The notes below the pieces were generated by a model. The model had not been told where the DNA came from. It worked only from the letters and a program-made list of their open reading frames with translations, and did no database searches. Positions 1-13,900 of a DNA stretch of 64,000 bases are shown here, piece by piece (the first letter of the stretch is position 1; every line of letters begins with the position of its first letter). A program made the position numbers and the translations under genes. This DNA comes from Glaucostegus cemiculus (taxonomy: Eukaryota), in NCBI GenBank assembly GCA_976551045.1, contig CDPCPM010000274.1:372001-436000 (forward strand). Reading direction: 5' to 3'.

Positions 1-720
1 ACAGACTTTAAAAAGGGATAAAAACCTCTTGACACCTTGAGTTTAAATAATTAATTTTGCAGTGACAATGTGGCGTGGTTCTGCTGCTAGATCAGATGAA
101 CTATTATATATTAATATACTCTCCGCCATTTTCACCTTTCAAAAATAGAAACATTAATTCTCTCTAAGTCTAATACAGGGCACCTAGTTTGCTAAGGTTC
201 GCAGCAAGTACGATGGAAAATTTGAAGTATCTGCAACCATATACAAGTCACGTGTTGTATATGATCGTCGGAAGTCAAATTTTCCTCAACATATCTTCTG
301 AGAATTAAATAGTTTGGTTTCCTTCACAGCCCTCTACCCCCACTCCACCCACATAATTCATAAAAATATCTTACCGACATCTTTGCGAATTGCTTCTATT
401 TGTTCCATTTCTAAAATCAAATATATCGCAATGGTTATAATACTTCCCATGGTAATTTAGTCATGAGATGTTTGAACTAAGACTGAGACGATTCATTGCG
501 TGGTACGTAGTTTGACTGCTACTTTCTGAGTGCTTTACGTGTGTTGGCAGGTAGTTGGCAGGAATACTTCACATGTATTGCAGAAAATAATTATTTGGAG
601 TTGTGCAAGTTGTGAGACATTATTTAGTTCCAACGCTGAACCAATATCGAGAGAGAATGATATACTCGTGTTTCTTTGACAAAGTATTTTCTCATCCACA
701 GAACTTTATGTTGAATCACA
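1..720 (+). pseudogene. Decayed class A GPCR (peptide-receptor-like), ECL1-TM7; 5' part probably outside window
   Basis: In-frame WRGSAARSDELLYINILSAIFTF* (71-148; ECL1/TM3), IILPMVI (~437-457; TM5), VCW (539-547; TM6), MIYSCFFDKVF (657-689; TM7/H8), in order, with stops and frameshifts. Confidence 0.55.
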
Positions 721-1639
721 ACACTAACGTTTTGCTCCAGGTCCTCTCAGCTAACTATAATCTTCCACTGGCAATTAAAATTAAAATTTCCTAGTTATGT
801 AAGTATGATTTAAGGAAATAAGGAAACCCATATTTCCTTCTGGAGAATTCAAATGACTGATGTTCGAAATTTTATCGCCGTAAGATATTACATTTCCCAT
901 GACCCCATAGACTCCTTCCATTTATGACCTGCCCAGAGAGTGATCTTTAGACTGCGTCGACTTTTTGCACAGAATCCTTCTGTCATTCTGTTTGATAGCG
1001 TGTTGTTATAGAAGCTAGCCTTTTAAAATTAACCAGGCAGAACCAGCGAAAAAAACTTTCCTACATCATATTGTTTAACTTTATTTCACATTATTTAGCT
1101 ACAACCGTGAGCTGAAGGCCATAATTACGATTGGTCGTTCCTATCAACCCGAGAGGGTGTTAAATCCGGTTTTTATACATAATAGACTGCATATTGATCA
1201 CTCCGGTTTACAATAATAAAAGGTGAGGAAAGTCTCTTCTTTAGTTCTTCAGGAATGCTATTGCAACTCTTTCCTGATAAAGCGATTTCCTCGTGACTGC
1301 CCGAACGATGCTATTGACGTAAAAGAAAAACAAACCTGTTCTAGTTTCACGTAACTTTTCTTCTGTGATTTAAATATAAGCAAATTCAGTTAGTATTTCC
1401 CCGAACTTGGCATGGCTCAAATAATCGCTTATCGCTTCCTTATAAGCAAAATCGTTCGGAATGTCGTAAAAATTAAATAATAAGGAATAAATCTTTCAAA
1501 CAAAGTCCGTGAGAATGCTTCGTTTGTGAAACGTTTTGCTGATATTTATTTTAACCATTGTGAATTTATGGAATTATTGGTGATGTATTGAAACGCAATC
1601 ACACTCATTTCCTTTCCTCGCCGTCCATTGTTCTTCAGT

Positions 1640-2700
1640 CCTGCTGTTGCTTATGGAATACATTACGCTTCGTAATTCTATCAGCAGGATGTACGACACA
1701 GTAGCATTAAACCCAATGTTTTCGCAAGAACAATCAGCAATCCTCAAATATATTCCATTTCATTATCACGTGCTATTTAGCTGTTTCTGTTGTGCTGAGG
1801 TATTGCCTTTGAAAAGTAAAATAAATTAACACATGTTAATGAAATTTCCTCGATTATTTACTGAAACATTGATCTAATTTTTATTCTGGTTTGTTTCCGG
1901 TCAGACGTGCTATTAAATCACAACTCTGCTGAACTAAATATTGCATTCATTCCTTTCACGCTACCAACGCCTTTCACGTTCCTCCCGTACTTCCAACCGT
2001 CGATCGCTAGTTTTCGACTACATTATTTTCTTTTGCCATAGAATTTCGAAACTTCTTGCAGTTAGAAAATATTATCGACTTCAAAATGTAATTTTTGGTT
2101 CTGTGCACGGGCTACCTGATCGCTGACGACCGAATCAAGATTTTTTCTGCCATGTCTTCATACTTTTCTTGTGATATCTTGTTTGATCATTTGTACACCT
2201 GTAGGTTAAGGTACCTCACTATATCTAACTTCCCAGATAGTTTTCTTTATATTAACGATTTTACGTTGTCTTTTGTATTGCCAATATTATTCCATTGTTG
2301 ATTATCCTTTGCATAGAAAACGTGACTGGCATTAATGTTAGAACCTGGAAAACGAAATGCAATACAAAAGTCATATTTTTAAACAAGTGGATCCATCTAA
2401 GATTAAAACACTCTTTTGATTCAAGAACATTGGATAACTTCCAGTACAAACAATGTACAAGGTAAAATTTCTTACCGTCGTCCTTCAAGTGAGCTATAAT
2501 GATATCAATAATTAATGTGATTAGAATTTTTACAATAATAGTGGTAGGAATCAAAATCAAAGACGTTATGGCAGTACACAATGCAAAAATATAAATAAAT
2601 ATAAATTAAATCATTATTGGAATACTACTCTAATAAGTGGAATAAACATCAATGTGTACCTGACTCTTTATCAACTGTAAACAGGAGGAAAACGGGTATA
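1640..2700 (+). pseudogene. Decayed class A GPCR (delta-group-like)
   Basis: LAVS..LPLK (~1777-1813; TM2), TVDR* with TAG at the Y position (1996-2010), IIPLLIILC (~2286-2312; TM5), weak TM7 near 2630-2680. Confidence 0.45.
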
Positions 2701-2759
2701 GAATTATTAAACGAAAGTAAATGTGGACTAAGTTATTTCAAGAGATCTACTCATAACGG

Positions 2760-3830
2760 AACCTATATGTAAATAGGAAAGAATCATGCGGTTTTCCCAA
2801 GTATGAAGCATTATGTCCAGTGGAATTGAATGTAAGACGAGCAGATAGTTTCTGCTGGTTTACTATTTTCACCAAAATCTGATAGTCAAGATCAATTATA
2901 AGAGCATAACCAGATATCACCTGAAGTTTATAAACGGTTCTTCGTATAAGCAAAATAGAAAGCCAAAATAAAGCGAGCATAGTTGTCCTTGAGTTAACAT
3001 TTAATTTTTAAAGTTTCATTTGATTGTGTTTATACTCACTTTGTTCCTTCAACCGTCTGTTGAGATCATCAACTTCTGTATCATCAAAAATATTATGTAT
3101 TTTGTCAGTTACATTATAAACAACCCATAGCTTCAATCATGTTGTTTTATTCCTTCACTTTTGGAACATTCCAGCATCAGAGATCACAATTGCAATTATA
3201 TTCCGCACAAAATCTTTCGTTTCATCTTCATCAATTCAGCTAAACAATGGAAAGCAAATAAAACTTCACATGCCGGAATCAAAAACCAAAAGTAAGAGCG
3301 GAAATCCTGCAATAACTCAACCTGTTAGGCAGAATCTGCGGAAGGTGCTTTCTCACTTTCTCAGTTACCACAGGTCCTCGACTTGAAACGTTGACAAGTT
3401 TCTCTTTACACAGAATATGCTTAACTGGGTGAGTACTTCAAACATTCCTGTTTGTGATTCTACTGAGCATGTGTACCACCCTCTGGGGAAAGATGTCAAT
3501 AAATTATTACTGTAATGGATGACTGAAGATGTGGCTTGGCCCTGCCATGAATGCAGTCAACATGTGTCCGGCAAAAGGCAATCAGTGGAAGGCTTTCAGA
3601 TGTGTGTTTATCTACGTGTGTGTAGAAATAAATGATACAAATATGGTTTCCACTCGTCTAAATCGATCAACTAATAAAGATGCACACTGTGGATTAAAAA
3701 ATATGCATTCGATCAAAATAAAGTGGCCAGTTCAGTTCATATGTCAGAATATACTGATATAAAATTTGAAAGGCTAACCATCGTGGGAAATAAAACGATA
3801 CATCTGTGTTGCACTTTGGACTGTGACTTC
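2760..3830 (-). pseudogene. Decayed P2Y1-like GPCR, interrupted by a repeat at ~3285-3455
   Basis: Minus strand: MYRFI..G*PF (TM1), IFFNPQCASLL (TM2), IIYFY..AFCR (ECL1/TM3), RVVH (end of TM3), then ORF 2747-2980 MLALFWLS..VYKLQVISG..LD (TM6-TM7). Confidence 0.5.
3285..3455. repeat. Short elasmobranch interspersed repeat with inverted ends (ctggaaatactcagc...gcagcatctg family), degenerate
   Basis: Diverged inverted arms. Similar arms recur at ~4395-4450, 5430-5520, 27712-27800, 30855-31060, 36383-36520, 53630-53770 and 55025-55100. Confidence 0.5.
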
Positions 3831-4029
3831 ATTTTTCTCACAATTTACAGACTATAATGTTTTATTTCACTAAAGAACTCTTGGGGGTGGGAGCAATGTT
3901 AACAAAAGACAATTCCCAGGGAAGAGTTCATGTCATAAGCCGGAAACTGATTCATAATTTAGTGGAAGTAACTGAAACGGAGAATTACATTGGATCTTAT
4001 TACCAACAGAATAATCAAAGATGTGGTGT

Positions 4030-4900
4030 ACGAAATAAAACTGAAAAAAATGAACAAAAAATAAATAGACCAAGCAACATCTGCAGTGACAGAAAAAAAA
4101 TCAATTTTTCGCGGCGACGTCATTTAATCAGAACAGGATAAAACAATTTGGATATGATTTATTTTACAAATGAAAGGTGGCGTGGAAGAAAATAACTAAT
4201 ATCTGTGATAAGGTGAAGGCGAAGAGAGACTGAGTGACAAAAATATTAGTGATGCTTGGTAAGAGGATCGTGAAGGCTTGTTTAAAGCAATTGATCTAAC
4301 TAGAGGAGATCTAAGCACATGACAGATGTTAGAACAGAGAACAGTGAAAACATGTGGAACAGTGAGATAATTAAAATGTATTTTTTTGCGAATCTGACAG
4401 AAAATAGAATGCTGGAAATACTTAATACATCAGAGTGCATCTGCGGAGCAAGTCCCTTCATCAGCTATGCCCAGTTCCGCAAGAAGGTCAAAGGCTGACC
4501 ATCTGAAATTGTTGAATTCATTTGCTCAGTCCTTGAGTTGTTGCACGCCTATTCATTGACTGATTTTTTCCTTCGACTTTCCGCCGGGCTTCATTGAAAC
4601 AGTTCAAGAAGCCGAAAATAGAGGTGAAAATACAGAATTTACAGGTAATTTGCAACTGAATGACTTGGTTGAAGGAAAGAGGAAACAATCCTCAAACTTT
4701 ATTTCAAGAAGCCCCTCTGATCCGGTCAAATTCGCCCTCTGTAGAGGGCTCAGCTTCGTCCTTATTCATCCCCATCACAAGGAACTGCATGCCCAATATG
4801 ATATTGAGCTCCTTTACTGATAACTTCGTCTTTGTGCCAGGTTTGTTGACGGAGAATCCTCACGGAAAGCTTGGTTAGTTTCTCCTCTCTTCTGACTTGC
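4030..4900 (-). mobile_element. Degenerate Penelope-like or other old retroelement fragment
   Basis: Resembles from memory the 3' region of shark Penelope-like repeats and carries the short inverted-arm motif. No ORF. Confidence 0.35.
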
Positions 4901-4934
4901 CTATCTACGTGGAATTCCACCACCACCTTCTAAC

Positions 4935-5360
4935 ACGAACTTTTGTCCTAAACCAACAATTATCACCAGCTTTAAGAAGACAAATACCATCCCAGTACCT
5001 AAGAAAAACAAGGTAACATGCCTTAAGGACTACCGCCCCGTGGCTCTGTCATCACGATCATGAAGAGCTTCGAGGGTCTGGTCATGGCATGCATTAATTC
5101 AAGGCTCCCAGTAAACCTCGACCCACTGAAATTCTCCTACCGCTGGAACAGGTGTACGGCGGACAGCATCTCCCTGGCCGTACACTCATCTCTGGAGCAT
5201 CCTGCAGTAAAGACGCTGACATTAGACTAGTGCTTACTGATATACATCTCTCCCTTCAATATGGCAATTCCAAGCAAACTCTTCTGCAAACCCGAGACGT
5301 TGTTTAGTCCTTGAACACCTCCCTTTGCAATTGTTTCTTTGACTTCCTGATCAACAGTCC
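4935..5360 (+). mobile_element. Rex1/Babar-type LINE reverse transcriptase fragment (defective)
   Basis: Translates across frameshifts to TIPVPKKNKVTCLKDYRPVAL..IMKSFEGLV..LDPLKFSYR.NR.TADSISL..SLEH..DFLI. Confidence 0.85.
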
Positions 5361-6199
5361 TCGGGAGGTGTGTTGTGATTTGTAAGAATAAGCAATGAGT
5401 TCCGGACCGATTAATTCTGGTGAAAGTTTACCGTCTGCTGCTTTAACTCTTCTTTTATCCTCTATTCACAGAAGCTCTCCGAGATCTGCTGAGAATTCCA
5501 GAGACTGCCGTACTTTGCATCGCAGAGTTTCAACATGTAGAGAATCAATGATGCATGTTCATCATGCTTCTCCAACTGAGTAATATTGCTATCATCGACC
5601 GTTGTTATCTACTGATCTCCTTGAAAATACGCCTTGATTCACTGTCCACAACCTCTCCGTATCCGTAAGTGTCTGTATTGCTCGAGAAATAGAAACTGGA
5701 CCCTATCCGTTCTGTCAAATCTGCTAAGTAATCACACACCTTTGAAACGTGCCTAATCTTCAATACATTCACTATCTGTCAGAATATATCAAATAATTGG
5801 CAATAATCGTTCAGAAAGATACTTTCTGAGACAGGAGTTGTTCTGACACAAGAGTTACCAACTATCAGGCTTTCTCATTGCCACTGGATAATTATCGTCC
5901 CGAATTCTATCTTAGGTGGTTAAAAAAAAAAGGAATTGGAAGATAAGCTATCCTGGAAAAAAAGTTGTTTTCAATTGTTTTATGTTTACATTAAAAAAAA
6001 ACATGCAAATAAATAAATTACCAAGTTCTTTTCTGCGTAGATTGTTCTCTGAAAAATAAACATTTCAATATAATAATTTTCGGCATGTTTCCAAAAACAT
6101 TTGGATACATTCACCTTTGCTTTTCTATTTCCGACTAGGTTCCATTTTTAAAAATTAATGAAGCCGGGAATGAAAAGTGGGATGAATGCAAAATGGACC

Positions 6200-7080
6200 A
6201 TGGATTCCTATTCCCTGCTGCATTGAGTATCAGTGCAAATTGTGACCAGAGATATTATTTGTTGACTGATCTGACGAGATGAATTGACCATACCACATAC
6301 TTGTGCAGATATTTTATTGACTCCAAAGTTTCTTCAACTGTTTTAATGTCTTTGTTGAATACTGGGATTAATTTCCTAAATGTGATATTTTTAATATGCA
6401 ATGACGCATGAATATATTGAGGATTATTTCCGTTTCTAAATGTCCACCGAATATCCGGCTGTAATTTTTCCTGGTTCTATGTGGAGTGACTCTCGAATAC
6501 GAAGCTCATCCGCAGTAGTTTTAAAGAAAGAAACATGTTCCCAAACTAGTCGATTAAAACTGTATTGAACTGAAATGGACAGGCGGCTTTCAGCATTAAA
6601 ATATGGCTACATAACTGCGTTCACTGTAAATTGAAAGAACTGCCAGTTAAGACAGAATAAAGGAAAACAATTCCCCGCTATGCCCACCGAGTACTATTTT
6701 ATCTAATTGAACCTGTTTCTGCTAAGTATTGTTGCTTGTTTCTTTACTTCGAGCTTTAAGCATTTCCAGATGCATTTTCTCACCAGAATCTTGCAAGTTT
6801 GCCTTCAATGTATCTATTTCTGAAAAATAAAAAAATAAAAAAAAACAACACATAAATGATTTATGTTCACTTCACGTACAAATTAACTGAATACTCCGCT
6901 TTCCTGACATAAATCGCGATGACCTGATATTTTTCACAACGTCTTTCTTTATGAACCCAGGTCAAAAAACGAATGTCTTGATGTTTTCTTTTGTCTTTTC
7001 GTCTTTTATTGTCTTTAATATGAGTTGCACTTTTTCTTGTGAAGTACGGTATTTCGCCTCCATGCATGCTGAATGTATGT
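6200..7080 (+). pseudogene. Decayed P2Y2/4/6-like GPCR
   Basis: GFLFPAALSISAN (TM1), CADILL (TM2), VHR/YPAVIFP (~6442-6472; TM3), RKKH (~6525), LSIVACFF (TM5), VRYFASMH (~7043-7066; TM7 RPLASxN-like). Confidence 0.55.
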
Positions 7081-7289
7081 ATGGAAGTGACAATAAAATT
7101 GATTGATTCAGACTCTGATTCGGATTCTGAATAAATAAAGCGTAGTGATCCGTTTCAACTGGTCGTATATGTTGAACAAAACATTAAAAATTTAGGACAG
7201 CTTTCCTTGAAAATTGACATTGGAACGGACTTGCAACCCCCCCCCCCCGCCTCTTAAACCCTCTTCTTCGTACTGTTCCCTGAACCTAT

Positions 7290-7850
7290 TTCCACATTTT
7301 TACCCATATGTCCACTGACCTTCTTTTCACATATTAGGATATGAATTGAAAATATATTTTGTTTTCTAAAGTTCATCTTTATAAGCCTATCCATGGACCG
7401 CGTCCTGCTGACTGTTCCTGGTGGTGTGGAACAATAAAACCATCTATACCAACGGAAATATGTCCTCAACTTACACAGACCTGTGTTAAGTGCAGTTTGC
7501 ATGAGTGCCAGATAATGCTTAAACTAATTCTCTGTTCTAATGGTGTACTGGACGTCGAATGCAAAGACACACAACAGTGTTGATGGGATTTCCAAAACCT
7601 ACAATGGGTACATTGTCTATCTGATCACATGAAGCTCAGAGGTGAGTATGATATTTTTACAACCATTTTCCCTGGAGATTTAAGTGAATAAACGATAATT
7701 TAAACCTTACACCTTTTACTCATGTGGTTGTTGTGTTCGATTATTTCATATCTTAATTTTCAACATTTAAAAGTGTATATTTAACTATCTGAATCAATTA
7801 ATATTTTAAAGTATGTGGCAGCTTAAACCTACTGTTAATCATCCCGGACT
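7290..7850 (+). pseudogene. Decayed class A GPCR, TM3-TM7
   Basis: In-frame CPLTFF..FIFISLSMDRVLLTVP (DR at 7396-7401), FSVLMVYWTS (TM4/ECL2), IFLQPFSLEI*VN (TM5), VVVVF (TM6). Confidence 0.5.
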
Positions 7851-8819
7851 TGAACGAAGTGAAATGTCAGTTACCGGCTTTGACCCTCTCAAAAGGTGTT
7901 CAATAGCAAGTCCTCGATGCTGGGCTGTTTGAATCCTATCTGCCCTTGAGTTAAGGCAATGCAATTCCTCGCCAGTTGCCTCCTAAGTGTGAAAGACCAG
8001 AATAATCGCCCCGTTTAATCTGCTCCCGGTAAATGTGGGCTGCTGGGACAGTAGGTATGTAGCAGAATACAACTCTAGTCAGCCTTAAAATAGTAACTTG
8101 AAGCTAATGTCATTTTTGTTGACTTATGTGCCATTTCACTTTGTCGGTGACTGTGAAAGACGACAGCCGACGTGAAAGAATAAACCGAAAGAACCAAATA
8201 AATTCGCTGGACAAAGAACATATCAAGTTATCACTTGAGTCGGAAAGAGTTTTACGACTGAACTGTAATGTTAGGAAATGACAGCAGTGAAATTGAGAGA
8301 CTATTTCAGCTGCAGGTATCTCGAAAACTGAGAGACAACTCAATACTACTTGAGCAAAGCAGACTTACGTTTAAATGTTATGACCTCTGCATAAAACGAA
8401 TAAATAACGTGCCAATTCTGTGGAAATTCTGAGTGGAAGCGTCCGATGGGAGTTTAATCGGGTTGGGCTGTTTTCCATCTCCAACACGCTATTATCATTG
8501 AATCAACATTATTGGACAAACGGTCATGGCAACGGTCCAACGAGTTCTAACTTTGAGCACGCTGACTGTTCGACTGAACTGTTTGGGGCGACGAGAATGT
8601 GAAGGAATAATGGAGAAATTGCGGGAGTGATCAATTGTTGGAGTAATTCTAACGAAATGCCTCATCTTTAATTTATGGAAATAACTACAATATTAATTGT
8701 TTAGATTGAACCTCCAACATTTTTTCTAAATAGCAGTTCTTCATTTGAGGCCAGTTTACAGAGTGAAAATGAAAAGGACGTAGAATTATTATGTTCCAGA
8801 AAATAAGAAATAACCAGAA

Positions 8820-9650
8820 TTGCTCTCAGGTGTCTTTTATGGGATGCCAAATTCTCCCAAGATAACGACATGCAGAATATATCTTCAGACTGGCGCCCTG
8901 TACTTTTCGCACTGTTTTCATTGCCAGCTTAATTACATTATAATAAAGAATGCTGGAAAACTGTGAATCTATATCCATTACAGTATTAAACTGTGTGCAT
9001 CTTGTCGTGAAGAATTTCAACTGTGGAATTATGGGGGAAATTATCTGCCGGTGTTTACCTTTATCTTTTAGAAGAAGTTGCCTCACTGTTAGGGAAAAAA
9101 AGAACAATTTAATTGCAAAAATATTGTCAAAACAATGCAATACTTCTCAATAATTATATCCAGAATTACTTCAATATCTGCATTTAGTATGAGGAGTGAA
9201 GAAATGATTTGCACACCGGCACACTGGAACGTCATTTCAAAACCTTGTTTGTTGAAGGATTTTAGCTCGGTAAATACAAGTTGGGTTGTGAGTCATGCAT
9301 GACTGACAGCATGAAAATAAATATTTTTACCTGGGCAACAAAGATATAATGACCAAAAATTGGCGGATGGGGTGTCATGTGCGATCACTCAACGTTTGCG
9401 GTACTGGGCAGTCCCGGCCACTCAGCGATCCAGATAGCCAATATTTTTTTTCAGTTAAGTTACATCTCTAATTGGGAAGAAGCTGGTAGCAGGGCGAAAT
9501 CCTTGCCTTCCAATAGTCACTACCGCAGTCTGCAGCTCCTGAGTTAGATACCGTAGATGGTGAGGGTGAAGAGGCGACAAATTAATTTGCCCATGTAATT
9601 GCTGCCCAACTTGCAGCTGACACGTAGGTTGGTCCCAGGCGATCAGCTGG
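8820..9650 (+). pseudogene. Possible decayed GPR139/GPR142-like GPCR
   Basis: IYLQ/LA (TM2), VFTFIF..C..KYCQNNA (compare shark GPR139-like WFTVTFTFDRFVAICCQKLKTKYCTEKTA), LQL near 9610. Many frameshifts. Confidence 0.3.
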
Positions 9651-9949
9651 TCATTAACACCCCCGGAAAATTGGAAATGCCGCTGTCATTTATCAGAAGT
9701 GGGATAGACTCACTCAACAGCCCAAAAAGGGACACGACCGCGATACATCGCCAAGGACCCTTAACAAAGGCATACACAAACGAAATCTTATGCTCCCTGT
9801 AAGTTTACCAGTCCATGTCTCTGTGAAGTCTCCTACCACCACCATTTGGCGCTGTTTCATACATCCATTTTTTTCCCTTCTGCAGCTTTCATCTCTCTCG
9901 GTCAAACTGTGATAATCGCTCAAGCGCCTTTCAGGTGCTGTGTTTTCTG

Positions 9950-10300
9950 ACGTTAGTTTCTACATTTAGAAGTATTATCTTTTCATTAGCATTCGTAATA
10001 TTTCAACCTTGATATCATGGTCTTTTAGCTTAATTCCACTAAGCAGTTTGGAATGCCTTAATGCAATCTGAAACCATGCATGACCCTGCATGGTTTCAGA
10101 TTAATTGTAACCAGTGTCTAATGCCCTACATTTCACTGCCAGTGCACACTAAGCATCTCATTAGATATCTGTCATAGACATTGCTTCATGAAAAATTCAA
10201 GTAAATATTTTGGATTGAACTTTTAGCATCAACAGCAGTGATATTGATTTCCAAACAGATGTAAACTACTGAATTTATTGTATATAGTGGGAATATCGTT
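9950..10300 (+). pseudogene. Possible decayed GPCR fragment, TM1-TM3
   Basis: YISLPVH (TM2 end, ~10127-10147), IFWIELLASTAVILIS (TM3-like). Confidence 0.3.
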
Positions 10301-10529
10301 ATTCAGTTCGAAATATCACAAACAGTGGTTACGTTTTAGAGCCACTGATCCTAATTTTCTCAAAGGCCGTGCGAAAGCGCATGTTCTTGGGCAAATCTTC
10401 CAGTCAGTTGCAGGAAAAAATGTGTGTCTTGGATTGACCATTTATCAAACATGCAGCTAGGAATTTAGAGGTCGTGTTCCTGGCTCCAAATTCTACAGAA
10501 GGTTTTTGGTTTCAGCAGGTTGAGTCCTG

Positions 10530-11330
10530 CTTATGAGAACGACAGGTGAAAGTGAAGAAAGCGGGCAGAGTTTTAAGGTGCAGAGGATGAAGACGAAGGA
10601 GAAAAGGAATTTCAGTATGATAATCGAATGTAACCAGTGGCCTCAATAAAGATACTTTCATTGCTAAAGTGGGAAACTAAAAGTATAAAAAGATTTTGTA
10701 GATATATTGAATAATTTTCAATTGTGCCTGTTCACTTGGGAACTAAAAGCGAAGCTGATTGACTAGCAGTTTAATATAAATGTGACTAAAGGCGAGCGGC
10801 TCAATTGCAGCAGCAAGAGGAGTGCGATCAGAAAACTAATTCTGAAGGAACTGAGAACAAATGTTGCAGTACCAGGCGAGTTAGCTTGCTTTCAAATGAC
10901 GTGGAGTGTGAAACATGCTTTCTTAAAACGCAAGATGGGCATGGAAAACCGTAAGCCCTGTTCCTTTCTATTTTAAGGAGCTCTTCTGCGAGCTCTTTAC
11001 CCTATACCACCTGCCACTCCTCTGTCGTATACCTCGACTATTGACAGGATTTTACAACTACAATTTGAGAATATATATTTGCAGCAGTACGAGGAAAATT
11101 CAAGATTAAATTCGATACAGATAAAATACCATGCAAATTAAATTACACCATGATATGACGTCTGCGATATTATTGTTCAATCTTTTGATAAATCACTGAC
11201 GTCGTATCGTGGTGAGCTATTTGTTACTGCTATCACATATAATTTCAATATATTATTGATTGCTTACTGGTATCTTGAAGAAGGATTTTGAATTCTGTAT
11301 GATATAATCGTAAAAGAATTATTTGTATAC
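10530..11330 (-). pseudogene. Decayed chemoattractant-receptor-like GPCR
   Basis: TTSVIY../IADV (TM2), CCKYIFS (TM3 start), FSMPILRF (TM4), FRISFLIALLL (TM5), NSARFL (TM7-like). Confidence 0.4.
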
Positions 11331-11339
11331 ATATGTATT

Positions 11340-11730
11340 TGCAGTTGGTTGTGCTTGTAGTCCACTATACTGGCAGCCTTGAATTTAAACACCACATGTT
11401 ATCGCAGACATTCGCAGGTGCAGACACACACTCATACACAGAATTTAGCTGTAGACAACGATCAACGCCTTATCGTTCATTCTGGCCGTTATCATATTGA
11501 AACATAAATAGTTAGGCATTGAAGTAATTTTACGTATAAGCTCTTGTCATTAAATACATGAATCAGTTCAGAGAAATATAACTTCAGCTCCAATAATTGT
11601 TGTGCTGATTGTGCTGTTCCTCCTCGACGTCAGCTCCGCAATTCAAGAAATAATTAACCCTAGCCTTAATTGACTCTCTGTGCTTAATTCCAGTTTCGCC
11701 AAGCCACTCGAATGTAGTTTGCAATAGCTT
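11340..11730 (+). pseudogene. Decayed GPCR, TM4-TM7
   Basis: A single frame 11461-11727 reads LSFILAVIIL (TM5), IIVVLIVLFLL (TM6), LSVLNSSFAKP (TM7), with three internal stops. Confidence 0.45.
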
Positions 11731-12569
11731 TTATCCTTAATATTGACAAAAAAACTATCTTTGCATTGAAGCTAGGATGACCTGTCGGCATATCTCGAAG
11801 TCTTTATCACGGGAATGGGACAAAATATGGCTGCATTAGCTGACGCAGATGCTCTCAAAACGCATCAGTATTGAGAAAGAATCACTTTATGAAGAACGTA
11901 GGTATTTGTTGCAAGGTTCTAGGATCTCGTGAACAATGCTTCCTTAAAAATTGAAGACTCCGGTTCTGTTCATGTTATTAACCAATAATCTGTCAATCTG
12001 ATGTAAATAGGAAAGGGCATATCAAAGAGTCTGAAAAATACCCCTTAAAATAAGATGGAGTGACCGATTTCACGGTCTGGTTTGTTGCTCCACGTTGAAT
12101 GTAATATTGAAAACAATGTAAACACAAATTTCACAGTCTCGTAAATGAGGAAAATATCCCTCAGACTACTTCGGTGGCAACCAGGAACAACCGTATTTAT
12201 GGAATCGTAACATTCATTCACATCTTTTCATGATGACCCATCAACTTGGCGCAAACATAAATGTCGTAACTACAGTAGTATTCAGTCAAGAGAGCTGAAG
12301 ATAATATTCTGAAAATTGGCGATGGGCACCACACAGCATTATGGGCAAAGTGAATCAAAGACAATTAAGTATTCTCCGGGCGTTCTCAGTTGCTAAATCA
12401 TTGGACCTTACTTTTTTTAAAAAAAAGAGTGCATGGTCTGCAAAGGATTAAAATTAGTCTTCCCTCACTAACAAAGGATCTATAATCTTTCCTCATGAGC
12501 CATATAATGAAGAAGTAACAAAAATAGAGTTGACACCAAAATAGTCAAATTGCCGCAACGCTTTATGGA

Positions 12570-12980
12570 ACAATTCTCTCAGCCACATTCCCCATTCGCT
12601 TGTTCTTTATCTCTCGCCTTGATACTCACTCCACAACAATTGCGTGTTTGGTTCTCCTTTACGCGTTCTTCCACGAACTAACAAGAGTTCCAGATCATAT
12701 CTGCTCTTCCTATAAAAATCCAGCACACATCTTTTGCCACCGTTAAACTACATTTCGTGGGCTGCGTGGTTTTCATGTCTACACGAACAACTTCTCATCA
12801 GTTACTCTTCTAAAGCCACCGTGATTCTGTGAACTTTTTTCAAATTTCAGCCTTTTAATCTCTTGTTCTTTGTACCAGGAGGTAAAACGATAGCTGCTCC
12901 AGAAGCTGGAATTCCTAGTCACTGGAACAACTGTATTCTGGGACCTTCACGTCCTGTATTCTGTAGTACCTATGATTCCA
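12570..12980 (+). pseudogene. Decayed delta-group GPCR (LPAR6/PAR/GPR183-like), TM1-TM4, truncated by CR1
   Basis: PHSLV (TM1), ALPIKIQH (TM2), GFHVYTNNFSSVTLL (TM3), VFWDL..VVP (TM4). Confidence 0.5.
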
Positions 12981-12984
12981 ATTG

Positions 12985-13620
12985 GTGTTCAATGTAAACT
13001 CGATAAAGTGCCACATCAAATCACACAGGGAAAAATAAAAGCTGATGGTGCAAAGGGGGCATATTGGCGTCGATAGGCGATTGCATCGCTGACTTAACTC
13101 CCCCCCCCCAAGAGAATAGCCATAATGGGCTCTTTATTTTTTTTGCAGCAGTTGTAATGAGTGGTGCCACTGGATTGGGTGACATTTGTGACAACTGATA
13201 TAAACGGCTTATATGAAGGTAACAAATGTATAGTTGCTAAATGTCCTAATTATACAAGCATAATTTGGAAAGTAAGTAACTTAGGCAGAGGATATATGTA
13301 TGCCATATCGAGTTAGCGAGCGGCCAAAACTCTGGCAGTAGAGGAGAAATGTTATAACATAGAAATGTTATAACTACTCTGGCAGAGCAAACCGAAATGG
13401 TGAGAAGCATGGCGCAGAGCAACCTGGGTGTCCTCATGCATATCACAAATAGACTGATATTCAGGTGCAGCAAGTTCATGTGGTTTTATGAACGCATGTG
13501 GTTCCACGACGCTCAGTTGAGTCCACTATATTTAGGACAAAGAAGACTTTCAGTTGGTGACACGTGTGCAGCTCTGATATTCGTTTCCTTCACCGTCCCT
13601 GCACAACCGTTGTAGGTTTG
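12985..13620 (+). mobile_element. Old CR1 LINE RT fragment
   Basis: Degenerate DKVPH..GKIKA.G..V.SG..I..L..K motifs, and similarity to the CR1 copies at 28-29 kb and 33-34 kb. Confidence 0.7.
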
Positions 13621-13900
13621 CCTTGACGGATGCACTAAGTCATCTCACCGAGGCTTCTTCAGCAACAATCCATGCCTACTGCCTGAAAATTCAAGCTGGA
13701 CAGGAGAACACCATCTAGAAGTTCATTAACAAATTAAAACAAATTCTGTCATGGAAAACAATCCAATTCCTTCACAACTGATGGCTCAAAACCACGAAAC
13801 TCCACGATGAAAAGTAAATTTAGGAAATTATCCTCACAAAAATTTCACGATGCTGGAAGGTGACTCTCTTTTTGTGTGGACAGTGAATGCCGAGGCCACT

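Noticed and set aside
7359-7647. Cys-rich ORF ending near a gtgagt donor, possibly an Ig C1 exon
   Set aside because: No open exon frame; another frame gives LSMDR and later TM motifs.
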